Below are positions 11,690-25,496 of a stretch of DNA of 64,000 nucleotides, piece by piece. The stretch comes from Tubulanus polymorphus (Eukaryota > Animalia > Nemertea). The stretch spans positions 14,356,150 through 14,420,149 of the forward strand of contig NC_134026.1 in the NCBI RefSeq assembly GCF_964204645.1, given 5' to 3'. The translations under genes were made by a program, and so were the position numbers. The notes beneath the pieces are model-generated. The model was given only the letters and a program-made list of their open reading frames with translations. It did not search any database and had not been told where the DNA came from. Numbering within the stretch: the first letter of the stretch is position 1; each line of letters starts with the position of its first letter.

Positions 11690-14600
11690 ATTATAATCAT
11701 TTAATTTAGAATAATTTTTAATTTAATATTTCAGTTTTAATTTCAGTTGATTGAATATGTTTTTGTTTAAACCATCCATTAATTTTGAAGCAGTAACAAT
11801 TTTTATTTATATCAATAAAACCGAATGATTCATTCATTGTTTATGTTCTAATTAGATTATTATAACCAATTATATATCCCATTTTTCATATAAAATCTTA
11901 GATCTAAAAATATAGCTGCAAAGCAGCGATAACGGGTTTTCTGCACAGTCTTAGAATCCTGTTCAACGGTGAATTTCGACAAAGCATTTGATAAGGCACA
12001 ACATCAGCCATTACTAACTAAACAGGCTATTAGGAAACAGTATCAATGATAGGTCACCCAAATGGCTCAGCAGTTATCTCTGAACGAAAACTTGTAGCCG
12101 AAATCAACGGAACGCCTCATTTTGGAATAAGTCAATCTAACTAGTGGAGTCACGCAAGGAAGTATCCTAGGTCGTCTTCTGTTTAATATCCTGACAAATG
12201 ACATACACAGTAATCCAAAATATACCAGTCGGAGTAAATTTCCAAAACGAACTTAACACGCTGTTGACCAAAAACTTAATGTTCCGACAAGAAAATCGTG
12301 TTCGAGTGAAAACAATTCAGTTTGGTTGAACAATACGCTTTTTTTTTAACCAAAACTTTCTTCATTCTGACAAAAAATGTGTTCGAATGAAAAGCTAAGT
12401 AATTGTTGAAATGAAAAACTTTTTGTCCCGGTAAAAAAATTTGGTTGTGCAAAAACAATTTTTTCGACCGAATGTTTGAATGAAAACAATTCTGTTCGAT
12501 TGAACGAAATACTTAATACTTTTGGTTCGGAGAAAAAACTTTTTACAATATACTTGTTCGAACGAAAAACTTAATGTTCTGACAAGAAAATTCTGTTCAA
12601 ATTAAAACGATTCTGTTCGATCGAACGATTGTTCGAACGAAAAACTTTTCGTTTGGAAAAAAAAAAAGTTTGTTCAACTTTGTTCTAACGATTTTTCGAA
12701 TTGGTACTATCGAAAAGAATATTATTGGTTGGAACGAAATAAATTTTGTTTCGACGAAAGAATTTTCAAGGGAAAGGTCTTTTGAACGAAAAAAAAGATA
12801 TTTCTGGGGCTCCGCAGTAACTTAAAGCCGGACGTAGGTCGGCCTTGTGACGCGATGCGATCCTCGCGTTGCATCGCAAGTTTCGGTGCAAGTCGGTTGC
12901 GATATGATTGTGTGCAACTAGTTTCTGCAAGTCGCAAGGTCGCGTAGGTCGGTTGTGTGACAGTCGTGTCGCGTCGCAGAAAGTAGAACACGTGTGACTC
13001 CTTGAAACTGGCGTTGCTGACAGTCGCAACCCTTCGCAAGGGAGCGTAGGTCGATGAGTCGTTGTGACACAATCGTCGCTGGCGGTCGCAGTGAATGGCG
13101 TCGCAGTGAGTCACAAGCCGTCGCAAAGCTGACCTACGTCCGCCTAAACTCATTAGGAATTAATGAAATACCAGTTTCATTTATGATGAAAAAACTCAAA
13201 TGAAAAGTCTGGCTTATAAAGCTGTCTGCTCAGACGAAATTTTCCAAAAAAAATCTTTGCCAGTAAAATAGATAATTGTGATTGATCGTTGCAAGTCAGA
13301 ACCAGTTAATCACTAATTAACATGCATTTTAATAAATCTGGTTCCTCCTATAAAGTGAACTTAGCTTTAACCTAGTAGAGGCTACTAGCCTATGTAAGCC
13401 TATGTATATGCATAGGCCTAACATCCGGACTGATTTGTCGTAGGCCTATTGAATAACAACCCTCCTAAATATCGTAAATTTTGTTTTGAAGTTCAATCCA
13501 ATGAGTCCGTTAATAAACGCAACATTTATACTGTGTTTGTTTGAGATAGTAAATGTCAGTACCGGTAGGCCTAAAGCTTTAAGGTCGCGTAAAACTCGAT
13601 AAACACTTCAAGCGACACAGCGAACGATCTCCTTTCCCCCACAGCGAACGCTTACTCCGAATGTCAAGTGTGAGTCCAACATATGGATAAAAGTGTTCTA
13701 TATACTTGTATTTAGTAAATACCTTGTGCATTTGACAATGATTGGTATGTACTGTAGGAAATATAGAGAATTGATGGTATTGATATAGAGGTTGAAGCCC
13801 GCGGCCGAATAAAGTAATATATTCTTTTATTTTGATACCTCGTCGACATAACAGCTTTTCGCCGCTATATCTCTTCGGCGTGTTTAGTTTAGGCCTACGA
13901 CTCCGCGGTACACTAAAGATTTATCTTAGTAAATACACGGTTAATTTGGTAAAGAAAAATAGGTATTATTAAACTAACATCTTGAAACCCGCAGCCAAAT
14001 CACTGGTTGTAACAAATTAATTTGTACTCGATTTGATTCTCATGATGAGGAGAAACTCGCAGCTGATCCCCGGAACAACGATGTAGTGACACACGTCGAT
14101 TCGTCGATGTTTACGGCTCGAAAGTGCTTTTAAAATCTAAAGTAGTAAATTTCCAGTGTATCGGTAATATGATTTGATGAGGAAAATGGGCTATTGTTAA
14201 AATTACTGTTTGAAGACCGCGGCTGAATGTGAAGTCTGCGGCAATAAATTAGTTCATTTATACTTGAATTGATAATCGAAGTGACAATCGGCCTGCGGGT
14301 TGATTTCGGGATGACGACTCGAAAAACATGTCGCCCCATTGAATGGGGCTAAATTTTCAATGTTTACGGCCCGACAGTGCTTTTGTAACGATGATTCATG
14401 AAAAAACACGCGGAGTATTTGTAGATCTCAGTGAGCTGAACGATATCATACGGATTGTATCGACAACAGCGGCAAGGTAACAAAGCCTTAGTTCTTTTAG
14501 TGAAAATAGTGTGACATAAAATAATAAATATAGCTGCAAAGCAGCGATAACGGGTTTTCTGCACAGTCTTAGAATCCTGTTCAACGGTGGATTTCGACAA

Positions 14601-15368
14601 AGCATTTGATAAGGCACAACATCAGCCATTACTAAACAGGCTATTAGGAAACAGTTTCAATGATAGGTCGCCCAAATGGCTCAGCAGTTATCTCTGAACG
14701 AAAACTTGTAGCCGAAATCAACGGAACGCCTCATCTTGGAATAAGTCGGTCAAGCTAGTGGAGTCACGCAAGGTAGTATCCTAAGTTGTCTTCTGTTTAA
14801 TGTCCTGGCAAATGACATACACAGTAATCCAACATATACCAGACCGAGTAAATTTCCAAATCGACCTTAACACGCTGTTCGACTTAAAAACTTAATGTTC
14901 CAACAAGAAAATCTTGTTCGAATGAAAATTATTCTGTTTGATCGTACAATACGCTTTTTGCTTGAACCAAAAATTTTCTTCATCCTGACAAAAAATGTGT
15001 TTTCGAATAAGAAGCTATGTTATTGTTGAAATGAAAAATTTTTAGTCCCGGCAAAAAAATTTGGTAGTGAAAATAGTGTGACATAAAATAATAATGATAA
15101 GAAACACGCGAATCTCAATAGGGTTTTCTGTGATGTAACAGAAAACCCTAATTAATAAAATTAGGACCAATACAATAATTTGTTTTTATACGAGATTTAT
15201 CTAAATAATTTTGACATCTTATAATATTTTCTGGAATTGATCTATTTTTATCATTATGAATTGAATCTTCATATAATACTTTAAATGCATTTTGTGCATC
15301 GAATGATGTATTTAAATTTCCAATTATTGGTGATCTTGTTTCAACTTGTGCACCTGAAATACAAATTA
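11690..15368 (-). pseudogene. Fragment of a Maverick gene (homolog of 48124-49302) split by a HINE insertion
   Basis: ~11720-11905 matches ~48300-48480, and 15151-15368 matches 48490-48710. The two pieces are contiguous once 11908-15150 is removed. Confidence 0.75.
11908..15151 (-). mobile_element. Helentron-type HINE (~3.2 kb) with an internal second copy of its end at ~14527
   Basis: One end is AAATATAGCTGCAAAGCAGCGATAACGGGTTTTCTG (stem-loop plus subTIR). The other is TAGGGTTTTCTGT..ACAGAAAACCCTA. Inserted in an A/T run. Confidence 0.75.
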
Positions 15369-15405
15369 AGATATAGTTGCAGAGCAGCGATAATGGGTTT
15401 TCTGA
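15368..15405 (-). mobile_element. Terminus of another HINE of the same superfamily (other end not located)
   Basis: AGATATAGTTGCAGAGCAGCGATAATGGGTTTTCTG truncates the Maverick fragment. Confidence 0.55.
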
Positions 15406-17209
15406 CTTGCTAGTTCAAATATCGTACTAAGATTTGGTCTTAATCCATCTTAAATCAGAAAATAAACGATATTAATTTCATAGGACCTAAAGACCAACAC
15501 TAATACCAGCTATAGAGCTACGGATACATAGTACTCTGTATACCAAGTACGTTGACGTTTAGTCAAAATAAGTTAGTGAAGATATAGTTATAGATATCAT
15601 GAGCTACAATTTTGCAATTGATTGGTGGTAACAATCGATCAAAGCGTCGTTTAAAATTTGCCCATTATAACTTCAAAATGTGCATAAGTGCCGATTTTGC
15701 CGAACAACAATGACCGCGACTCGGCTATCTTGATTCCGATCGAGCTGTAGTTTAGACTAAGGGTATAGACACATGCACAACTAACTATTAAGATCATACA
15801 TCAAAGCAAATCGAAAACTTCCCAAGAAGACTTGTAAAGTTTTATTAGATTTAAAATACTGAATGTAGAACAGATTAATAGGATCATCAAATATGTTTAA
15901 TAGATATGTCTAATCATTATCCGGCAGTTGTTGAGAAGACTCTATCGAGATACGATTGCAATTTGTATCCATTAAACGTCTGAAGACTCTTGCAACAAAT
16001 TGTATCGAGTTAAGGTCCGTAAATGGCAATTTGCTTTCTTTGTTATTACCGGAACCAAATCTGTCCATTTGTTACGACCGCACCTACCGAGTGTTGAGGT
16101 GTGTGTCTTTTCTGTCGAGCGAGTGAGTAACGATGCAAACATAGCCGATTTCGAGGACCTGCTAGCGGCATGAGTCCAAGAATATTGATCTACATATGAT
16201 TTACAAACGTACTATAAATAATTTTTGTCAGCTCAGAAAACACTCTTTCGCTAAGAACCTGAACTATAAAAATCGGTGCTTAAAGAAATACGATAAATCG
16301 GTATTTATAATATGGAGCCAGACCTATTAAATTTGGTAATAGGCTATTCTCTACGGGCCGAATCGGATGAACCCACAACAAATCTTGAACCGATTCCGGG
16401 GTCAACAACCAGGAAGTTGAACAAATTGAGGCGTATTTTTTACATTGATTAATTTGTAGATATGCAGCACCCACATAAAGTAATATTGTTGGAAGGGTCT
16501 ATACCTATGTTCATGATGCCGACCTGTATACCAAGTGAATATGTTTGAAATGCATCCAAATAATGATAATTCTTCTTCCTCTTAAATCTTCCTCTTTAAC
16601 ACTGTTGTTGCGCGTGGGTGAGTTTAGATGACGTATCCGGATCGGAATTCCGGATCGGTTAGACGTTATTTCATTTTCTTATCGGGCAGCAGAGTTTGCA
16701 GGGTGACTAACCCATTCAAGTCGGTATCAGCATTTTCGTCGCTACATGTAAAGAATTATAATCTTCGATTCAGATTGCTCTCACTTCTGAATGCGTTTAG
16801 CAGCAGTTAGTTAACGCAGCAGATTTCATTTCCCTGATTTGGTTTTTTTTTTGACTGACGCAGAGACCAATCTCAAGGTCATTAGATGATGTTAGGGATT
16901 TGAAAATTAGGAATTAACGAAGGGCGAATCTATTATCTAGTCAGGTCTCCGTATTTTCGTCGCGAGATTCATTCGACGATTTCCTTGAAAAAATTCTAAA
17001 CCACGCTTTCAGAGCGCTATAATTATTATCACATTGATTACAGCGCTTTTACCGATTAGTAGTCGAATCTAAGCGAAGATACCTTTTAAAATTAAATATT
17101 TTCAGGACACGGAATGGTTCTCATTGTTCCAATTTTTGTTCTAAAATCTGGATTATTTATATTTATATCAATTTCATTACATATTTCATAAAACATAGAT
17201 ATATTACAT

Positions 17210-17370
17210 TAGTTACATTCTAGACGAATTTTAGTTGTTGGTAGTTAAAACACAATTAAATAAAATTCAACAAGAAATAAAAAAAACAAATTAACGACTC
17301 AACTAGCTTGTTCATCTAGTGTATTTCTAGTAACATTCTAGTAGAATTCTAGTTGTATCAACTAATTCTT
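17210..17370. repeat. Short-period CTAG-rich repeat, inverted relative to 43375-43693
   Basis: Motifs TTCTAGTTG, CAACTAGCTTGTT and TCTAGTAACATTCTAG. Confidence 0.55.
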
Positions 17371-18028
17371 CTGCCATATGAATGGGAGGTGAAAAGAATA
17401 TAAAATCTAAAAATAGTTTTTACAAACTGGTTTTGTAATTTTACTCATTTTAAAACGAATAAAATTTATTCGAAAATAAGCAATTCTGAAACTACCACGG
17501 TTAGAAACGAAAAAACTACTGATATACCAATCACTTTAAGAAAATGGATTAATATTTTAGAATTAAAGCAAAAAAAAAATTAATTTTATTCAATATTTAT
17601 TTTTTTAATTAGTTAAACATCTCACCACTTTTATAATCTATTTGGAGATATGTACGATTGTCTACATAATCTATTTCGGATTCTTGATATTAAAATATGC
17701 TATATTCTATTCCATTTAAATTCCATGATTTTATTACTTTTTCGGCTTTGATAAATTGGTCTTCATACAATTATAAACGAGCGCGAAACTTGTCCACAAT
17801 CGACGCTGATAAACTTCAATGAGTCAAATTTTTACATAACTGCCTACGGCCGTATGAACCAGCAACGCAGAAAACCCGTTGTCGCTACTTTAAGCTTATG
17901 TTGATATCATATACTTCACCGTTACTTCACCGCTTCACCGTTTCAGCATGTCACTTCCGAAAGGAGCAGCCATTTTATGGTCCGTTATGCCAATATTACT
18001 AAATACGTCGTATTTATTTCAATTTTAG

Positions 18029-18246
18029 GCAAAAATATCGAAATTCTGTCACGCCTAGCACTGTCACCGGAAAAAATCCTGAATCTGTCTGAAGGATTGC
18101 ACCAAATAGCAGAAAGATCGCTCACCAACATAGGACGAGTCATAAATCGTACTGAGATCGCAGAAGGTATGATTTTGGAACAAGTGTCGGTGCCTATCGG
18201 TGTTCTTCTCGTTATTTTTGAGTCACGCCCTGATTGTTTACCACAG
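18029..18246 (+). CDS. ALDH18A1: Internal exon of host delta-1-pyrroline-5-carboxylate synthase (gamma-glutamyl phosphate reductase domain)
   Basis: '[20 protein letters not shown]...[38 protein letters not shown]' is the P5CS/ProA signature. Flanked by a TTTTAG acceptor (AG 18027-18028) and a CAG|GTATGT donor. Confidence 0.92.
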
Positions 18247-19912
18247 GTATGTATATTTGTATATTTGACGACTCATTAAATTAATAAAATGAAATCATCT
18301 ATTTGTATAACCAATGTCACGTATCAACTGTGTTCATAAATACATTTAAAGGTGACACTATATAGGAACATCGAGTTGAAGCATCGAAACATCTACGCAA
18401 TTATGAAACAACAAATTGAAAACATGCAGAAAAAAAAACTCGATATACTAAAACCTAATGATAGAAATGAGTACAAAATTCCGCCAACTCGCAATAACTC
18501 CAAAATACAGCAGATGTAATTCCACATATATACTACACATATTTGCCGCTACGCAGGGTAACCAGTTTTCCGGTTCCCCTGTTACGTAATTTGGTAGGTT
18601 CCGTACCGACCAGCGGACCCAACTACCTAAACACAATTTAGAGAGAAACTTATGTGAAAAACATGGATACGTACAGAAAATGGCGTATTAACCACAACTA
18701 AACAATATAAGTAAATACGAAATACCTGATAACATGTGAATAATCTGTGAAAAGTTGTCGAAACTACCTAGTCGAAACTACGGAGAATAAACCTAGTATC
18801 GGTCCCGCTTTGGGATAACGAGGGCTCTTTCAGCTAATCACTGCTCTTCAACGGTTCCGGCCGCGGCCTACATAATCGCGCTTTTTGACGTCATTATGAG
18901 AAAGCTGCTTGGATGTTAAGGGAACACCCTCTGCAGCACGGGGTACTCCCCAAACAACAAGTTGGATGAACAATAAATTGCACAACACGCTGTTTTGACG
19001 ACTTCGGTAAGTGATGATCGTCTTTTTTGCTGAATGTGATTGAATTATCTAATGTAGTGTTAAAATCCAGATAAGTTATGGCAATGCTGGGTTCAATGTT
19101 GATTTATTCCGTCAATGTCTTAACCCCTAAATTCTTAGTAAAAGTTATCAACTGTAACGTTGTGTTTTTTTTTTTCTGTCGACGTCGATTTATCTAGCGG
19201 CGAACCGTCATTAATCTGGACTATTGTATAACGGAGCTACGTTGTATTATTATTGGGGTGATAAATTAGTTGTTTAGATAACGGGAAAGGAAGCAGTGGT
19301 TGCGGTTAACAAGCAACCTTCGTGAATGCTTACGTCACACATAAGACATTCATAGAGGATAGGTGACAGTGATATAGATATCTATGTGGGGAAGCTTGAT
19401 ATACAGGCAGCCTCGAGCAAGTTCAAGTATTAAATTTCGAGCTCGTAACGAATACCACACGTAGGGACGCTTTACATAGCCCGGTGGAATGTTATGGTGA
19501 GATAATACGTCACAGGCTATTGTTGTGGGTATGGATTGTACACCAATGTTATGGTTCTGTTTATCTACCAGTGTTGTGGATCCGGGTTGGGTTCTCCGAC
19601 TAGCGTTGTAGTATTGAATCCCTCGGCGATGTTGTGCGGGATCTGTCTTTAGGTCGGATCTTCAGTCCTCGTTCTTGATTTTCTTCCAAGGCTCCCGTAT
19701 ATAACTTAACGACTTCTTAAATTATATATTCGTTCATTATCTCTTGACTAACATTAGATGTATACAATCTCTTCCTGAAGCTCTGTTATCTCAAACCTCT
19801 AAAATCAAAATCCAACTTTCTTAAACCGTTTTTTAACCTTTCCTATTAACAACTATAAACGCTCCCTTTTTATATCATTTTCTCTTTAGTAACGTGTGCA
19901 GGCAATGTGCGA

Positions 19913-19950
19913 TTCCAAGCCATGTGTGGAGGACCACACATGGCTTGGAA
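19913..19950. repeat. Perfect 17-bp-stem hairpin
   Basis: TTCCAAGCCATGTGTGG-agga-CCACACATGGCTTGGAA. Confidence 0.85.
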
Positions 19951-21879
19951 CTCATGGATTGTGACGCATTCATACGTCACAACATTCATCCCATCCATGT
20001 ATGGGTGATGACGTATCTGCACACGTCACAATAATGTAAAAATATCTTTTCGCACTCATCAGAATCCATGGCCGCACCATATGAAGTTTTCCTACGTAGA
20101 CACATACGTCACTTCCTTGTTTATTTATGTTACTTCTATTTATGTTTATGTATGACGTACGTATCCGCGCAAGTTGTCTGGTAACTGCAACACTGGCCAT
20201 GATGTCCAGCTTCCGTACATTACTTGTTGGTATAGTTTAACTGCTGATAACTGAAACCTTCTAATATGTTCCATAAAAGCTTTTTGATATAATTCATGAA
20301 AGTTCAATGATATATGTGCTGAAAATCTCCACAATATATCCACCGGCCCAGGTCGTTTGGCCTCAAACGACAAAATTATACCCACCTTTTTAAAACCAAA
20401 AGAACCCCTACCTAAATCAAAACCAGAATTGATACTAAAACGCCAGGTATCAGCTACCAACGATAAATGCAATCAGTACACAATAACGAATACAACATTC
20501 TTTTTCTAGTGAACTCAACCGTAAAGCAATAAAACATAATGTCATCTTCATCAACGATATCCCCGCTAAAAATATACATATTTATAACAAGTACGATTCC
20601 AAATCTTAGACATTATAAACCGAACCTAAAACAATCCGGAGATACTATCATGGACTCTTTCATGGAATTTTTTCGTTAAGCAACAAATTATAATTATCTA
20701 AGTGCAAAAATATTAACTGTACTTCAATCCATTACTTAAGAATATTAAACATATGTACACAAAAAGAATGAAGCAAAAAAAATAATCAAATACAACTTCC
20801 TAAAACATTTTTTGATTGTCTTTAAAGTACCAAAATTACAACATGTCAATTTCCCACTGTTCTAACTATCAGCAGTTACCCTAACCGATAGCAGATGATT
20901 CTGAACAGCTATTTGCGGCTTGGAGCCGATGAACATAGACATGCAGGCCGCCATATATTTATGGAAGGAAGTCATAAATTGACAAGGAAAGTCATTACGA
21001 TGCATCAGCCAAAAGTAAGGGGAAATTCCTCTTGACAAAACTCAATCAGTGCCATTCAAACAGCCGATTCTCAAAACTTATCGTTAACTGCTGTGCCTAT
21101 GGTCTTTCGAACCACCCACATCAACTAATTTTCGAATTGTTCTAAGTCCTTCCCGCAAATCAGGGGATATGTACGACGGCCGATGCATCATCCTGTATAT
21201 AAACGGTCAAGACGTACTGATTGTTTGGAAAAAAACATAGCGCACAAATCCCTGCTGTCTACGACCATTCAGTTAAGATACCAAATCTACCGAATAATAC
21301 ATAACATACTTATTGTATTACTCAATGAGCAACCCTTTCTAAGAAAAACAATCCACTGAATGGCCATTTCAGCATACCTAACAAATAGCTGTATCGTGAC
21401 ATTTCTTATTTCCGTATAATCCCCCATATCACGCAATACCGGAATACACTATAACAACATCTATAAAATTGGTTCTGGCCGACGAAATACGTACCATACA
21501 CTACTGGTATGTTCTTAAAAACATTTGACCCTATCGAATACCCACTTGTATAGAAATTCAACCTGGAGGCCAGCCCTATACATATTAAAACGTATTTCTA
21601 AAGAGGATTAATCCATTCCTCAAGCTTCAAATCTCTGCCCTATTTCAGGACTACCCCTTGAGCTTTCCTCGCTCTTTTTAACTGGGGCTCTTCAAATTCA
21701 CTATAATTACGTATTCCTTAATAAACTATAAACTCGTAATTATACCCTCATTTAGACCAATCCGGTAAGCTTCACCTTTGAGCGCTCAATCTGACCTTTG
21801 CACAAATAACATATTCTATTCTTACTCACAATACACATAGTATTTCTTAAAAACACATAAACACCACAGTAATTTGTTA

Positions 21880-23043
21880 GGTATATCTACGAGCAAATAT
21901 CTAACAGGAAGAAGCTCGCCCTTTATCAGTGTACTACACACTGGTACGATCAGTAACGCTGTCAATCATACAGTCAGGGGTGCGTGGGATTCGACATCGC
22001 TGGATAGCAGCGCTGCGCGTTGATTCTAAAAGCAATCCATAAAGGTAGTTTTAAGATGACGTAGCCAACTGACGCATGCGTATTTGGCACCATAATGACT
22101 TCGCTTACGAAATCCACAGCGCGGTGAAAACATTTTGAAAATCGGGTTGATAATTAAGATTTTTACGCTATCATTGCATCTCCCGAGATTTTTAGTACGT
22201 TCTGCAATAAATATATTTTATAAATCACATGTTTTATATGTTCCTGCTGGTTCCTGTGAATAAAATATGCAGTTTTAAGTACATGAAGTGTTAATGAAGC
22301 CGGGATGACATTCCGATGAATGCGGAATTATGCGGAATTAGGGTAAAATGCTGCCAAAATCTTACAAGAATACAATATATTCACCTGAAATATGGCCGAT
22401 CATCATTTCGACCGATTTTTTTCTAGAAATGGTGATCATATAGGTAAATAGTTGGTGTTAAACAGAAATTAATTAGAAACTACATGGACACTGTTTGTTT
22501 ACTAATATGAAAACAGAATTCCAGAAAAATATATCCTTAGAATACATCAATCACGGACAACCAACTCCACAGTTTTTATCAATAATGTTGTATGAAACAT
22601 TGTCGTTCTTTCCAATTTCACATGATGTCATTGAATGTTTTGTTGGTGTACTAAACAAATATAAGTTATCTCGAAAATTTAAACAGAAATATACCGAAAA
22701 TTGTCTTGATGCAATACATGTACACAACATGGAAATATTAGATTAAAAATATGACAGAGAAGTTACCTTCATTATACCTTTAATAGATGAAAATTACTTC
22801 TTGGACCATGAAATACTTTATTGTGTAATTTGTACATGAGTTTTGATATTATTCTATAGTCTGGCTCATTTTATCCATGTCTGACGAGGTGAATACCTCA
22901 CACCCAAAAATCCGAACAATAGGCTAACAATAGGCTCATCAATTAGCCCTGCGCCAACAGTTTGATTGACAGCGTTACTGATCTTGTGTACAGAGATATA
23001 GGGCGAGCTTCCCCCGTTAGATAATTGCTCGTAGGGTATATAC
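21880..23043. repeat. Imperfect ~90-bp inverted repeat pair (21880-21973 and 22957-23043)
   Basis: CTACGAGCAAATATCTAAC..GAAGCTCGCCCT..GATCAGTAACGCTGTCAATCA and its reverse complement. Confidence 0.7.
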
Positions 23044-24006
23044 ATGCAGTGGGCGCTTTCGACTATCGTTACACTGATAACCAAGTGGCTTGCCTAGCTA
23101 GACCTAATAAATCATTCTTTCGTGAAATACCATTTAGCAACTATAACAAACTAGAAAATATTTACGTAGTGCATATTTATATCTAGATACAATAACCCAG
23201 CACACAAGCAACTTAAAGACGCTGAGCATTATTCTATAAAAGCAATCAAACACGCAGACATATATAGCTCTCTTCAAATGCCATTAATTCGGCAATAATA
23301 TCAGTGGCTGCGGAAATGTTTCCTCTTGGCCCTTTAAGGCCTTGCCCTCCATCTCATCAACTAACATTGACGCTTCGAACTTAGCAAAATACGCCTAAAT
23401 TTGTATGCGCTCGGTGGCCAACTTTTTAAGCTGCTCCCTTTCCGAGACATCACCCGGTTTTTTTTCCAAAGGTTTCCATGAGCTAATGAGCTTTGGTAGC
23501 TTCAATATCTATTAGGTTCTTGTATCTGGTCCTCAGACCTTTTTTGTGGGAATATGACATACTTGAAGTTTTTTACACAGACCAAGTGCACCATGTGCGT
23601 TCTAAATTCTATTATTGACCTTTTTTCTGTCCATTTCAGACTCTGCTGTTTTTTTAAACTTGTAGCATGGCTCCCGAGTTTCGGCACCAAATTGTTGCGA
23701 ATAAACTCAATCAGAAAATGAAACCATAAGTGACTACTTCTCTTATGTCGAATTTATTAGAACAGTCTTCATTCTCATGTCATTTTTGTTCCATCTATTT
23801 TGTTTTCACAGGAAGTTTCAAATAAGTTGGAACTATAACCCTAATTTTAGGAAAAAATGAAACTTGCACACCAGAAAAGATGGCAGCACCTTACAGTCAC
23901 ATAAAGTGACTAGAAATGAAAAAAATCGCTTTCGCGACACCAGAGACCTATCTATGTTGAAAAAGGTGTATATGATGCTTAGGAGGGTTGAAATTCAATA
24001 GGCCTC

Positions 24007-24410
24007 AGTAATAGGGATAATAGGCTTTCAGATCAAAGGTCGAAGGGTCGAGCTCGTAAAAAAATGAAAATAACAATAATTTACAGTTGAATTAGTCGCG
24101 CACACTCCTAATTCAACTGTAAATTATTGTTATTTTCATTTTTTACTCACTCGCCCCTTCAACCTTTAACCTGAAAGCCTATTATCCCTATTACTCTTAA
24201 AAAAATCACGTAAAGGAATAACATTTAAATTGACAGATTATTCAATATAAAAGTGTAAGCTGTTATAGAATAGATATATAGATATATTTACAACATTATT
24301 TCAATATTCATATTTGTGTGAGTTAGATTTTTAAACATTAAAAGTGTTAGTAAAGTGTGATTGAAATAATACATGATATAAATCATTGAACTTCATTGAA
24401 AATCAATTTA
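24007..24410 (+). repeat. Left TIR of B; the outer 189 bp (24007-24195) form an imperfect hairpin
   Basis: Reverse complement of 41841-42164 plus ~37893-37967. Confidence 0.95.
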
Positions 24411-24431
24411 GTAAAAAAATATGTATAATAA

Positions 24432-25085
24432 ATGGAATCAGAACAACCACAAACTATAAATATTACAAATAACACTGGTGTTATAAATATATACTACAAG
24501 AAGTGTTCTAAATGTGAATTAGATAAATTAGCTTTAACAGAATTTAGTAAGCGTAAGATTAGCAAAGATGGTTTTCAATATTGCTGTAAAACTTGTATTA
24601 AACTATATACCAAACAATATCGAGAAGATAATAGAGAAGCTTATAATGATTATATGACAGAATATATGAGAGAAAGATATCAAACAGATCTTAATTTTAG
24701 ATTAAAACAATGTTTAAGATCTAGATTAACACAATTATTCAACAAAGAAACGCATTCAGAAATACTATCTAATTTATTGGGTTGTTCAGATGAATTTTTC
24801 ATATCATGGATAATATATCAATTCGATGATAAAATGAATATAGATAATTATGGTGAATACTTTCACATTGATCATGTGTTGCCGATTTCTAAATTTAACA
24901 TGAATGATGAATACAATAGAAAACTTATTTGGAATTGGAAGAATTTAAGACCTTTAGAAAAGAAAGAAAATATAATTAAATCTAATAAACTAGATTTACA
25001 GTTATATTTAGATCAACTGGATAAAGCAAAGACATTTGTTGAATTATGGAATTCAACACATAATGAAAAATACGTTGAAGCTTAA
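24432..25085 (+). CDS. Zn-binding HNH/EndoVII-like endonuclease, intact ORF
   Basis: N-terminal CxxC...CxxC, then 'LGCS..FISWIIYQF..KMNIDNYGEYFHIDHVLP...WKNLRPLEKKENIIKSNK'. This HNH architecture is familiar from large DNA viruses and phages. Confidence 0.8.
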   Translation: MESEQPQTINITNNTGVINIYYKKCSKCELDKLALTEFSKRKISKDGFQYCCKTCIKLYTKQYREDNREAYNDYMTEYMRERYQTDLNFRLKQCLRSRLTQLFNKETHSEILSNLLGCSDEFFISWIIYQFDDKMNIDNYGEYFHIDHVLPISKFNMNDEYNRKLIWNWKNLRPLEKKENIIKSNKLDLQLYLDQLDKAKTFVELWNSTHNEKYVEA

Positions 25086-25496
25086 ACGCTTAGAAAACCG
25101 GTTACTCTCGATCTATGTCAAACCGCCTATATGTAATTGTATTAGGTTGTTTACAAAAACATCTGCGCCGTATTTCATATTCAGTTGAATGGGGTGCACC
25201 TCATTTGAATATTGATCGAATGTGCTATTTCAGTTGAAAAGGATTAATCAATTACATCAAAAAGGAACATCTGTTACAATCCAGGCAAACATGCAGAAGT
25301 AATTAGTTTGGTCGAACGTGCGCCACGTCGGCAGTTAGGAATCAACTTTCACATACATAGTACGTATTGGATATTCTCTCTCAAAACACAGTTTACAGTT
25401 CTAAATCTAAATGTAAGTACATATATTATGGAGTAGGGAAACCTTTAAACATATTTAAGTACAGTAATTCATTTTCACGACATCTTTTAGATTAAA

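Noticed and set aside
12722-13153. 143-aa ORF and related ORFs at 42432-43386
   Set aside because: They arise from a GCGAC/GTCGC-rich repeat, and the frames are not conserved between copies.
18346-22785. TTAA-flanked Kolobok/piggyBac-like element (TTAAAGGT...ACCTTTAA)
   Set aside because: The match does not extend beyond about 8 bp and there is no convincing TIR.
23795-23910. Splice-acceptor-like TTTTCACAG as the next P5CS exon
   Set aside because: The downstream translation has no P5CS similarity.
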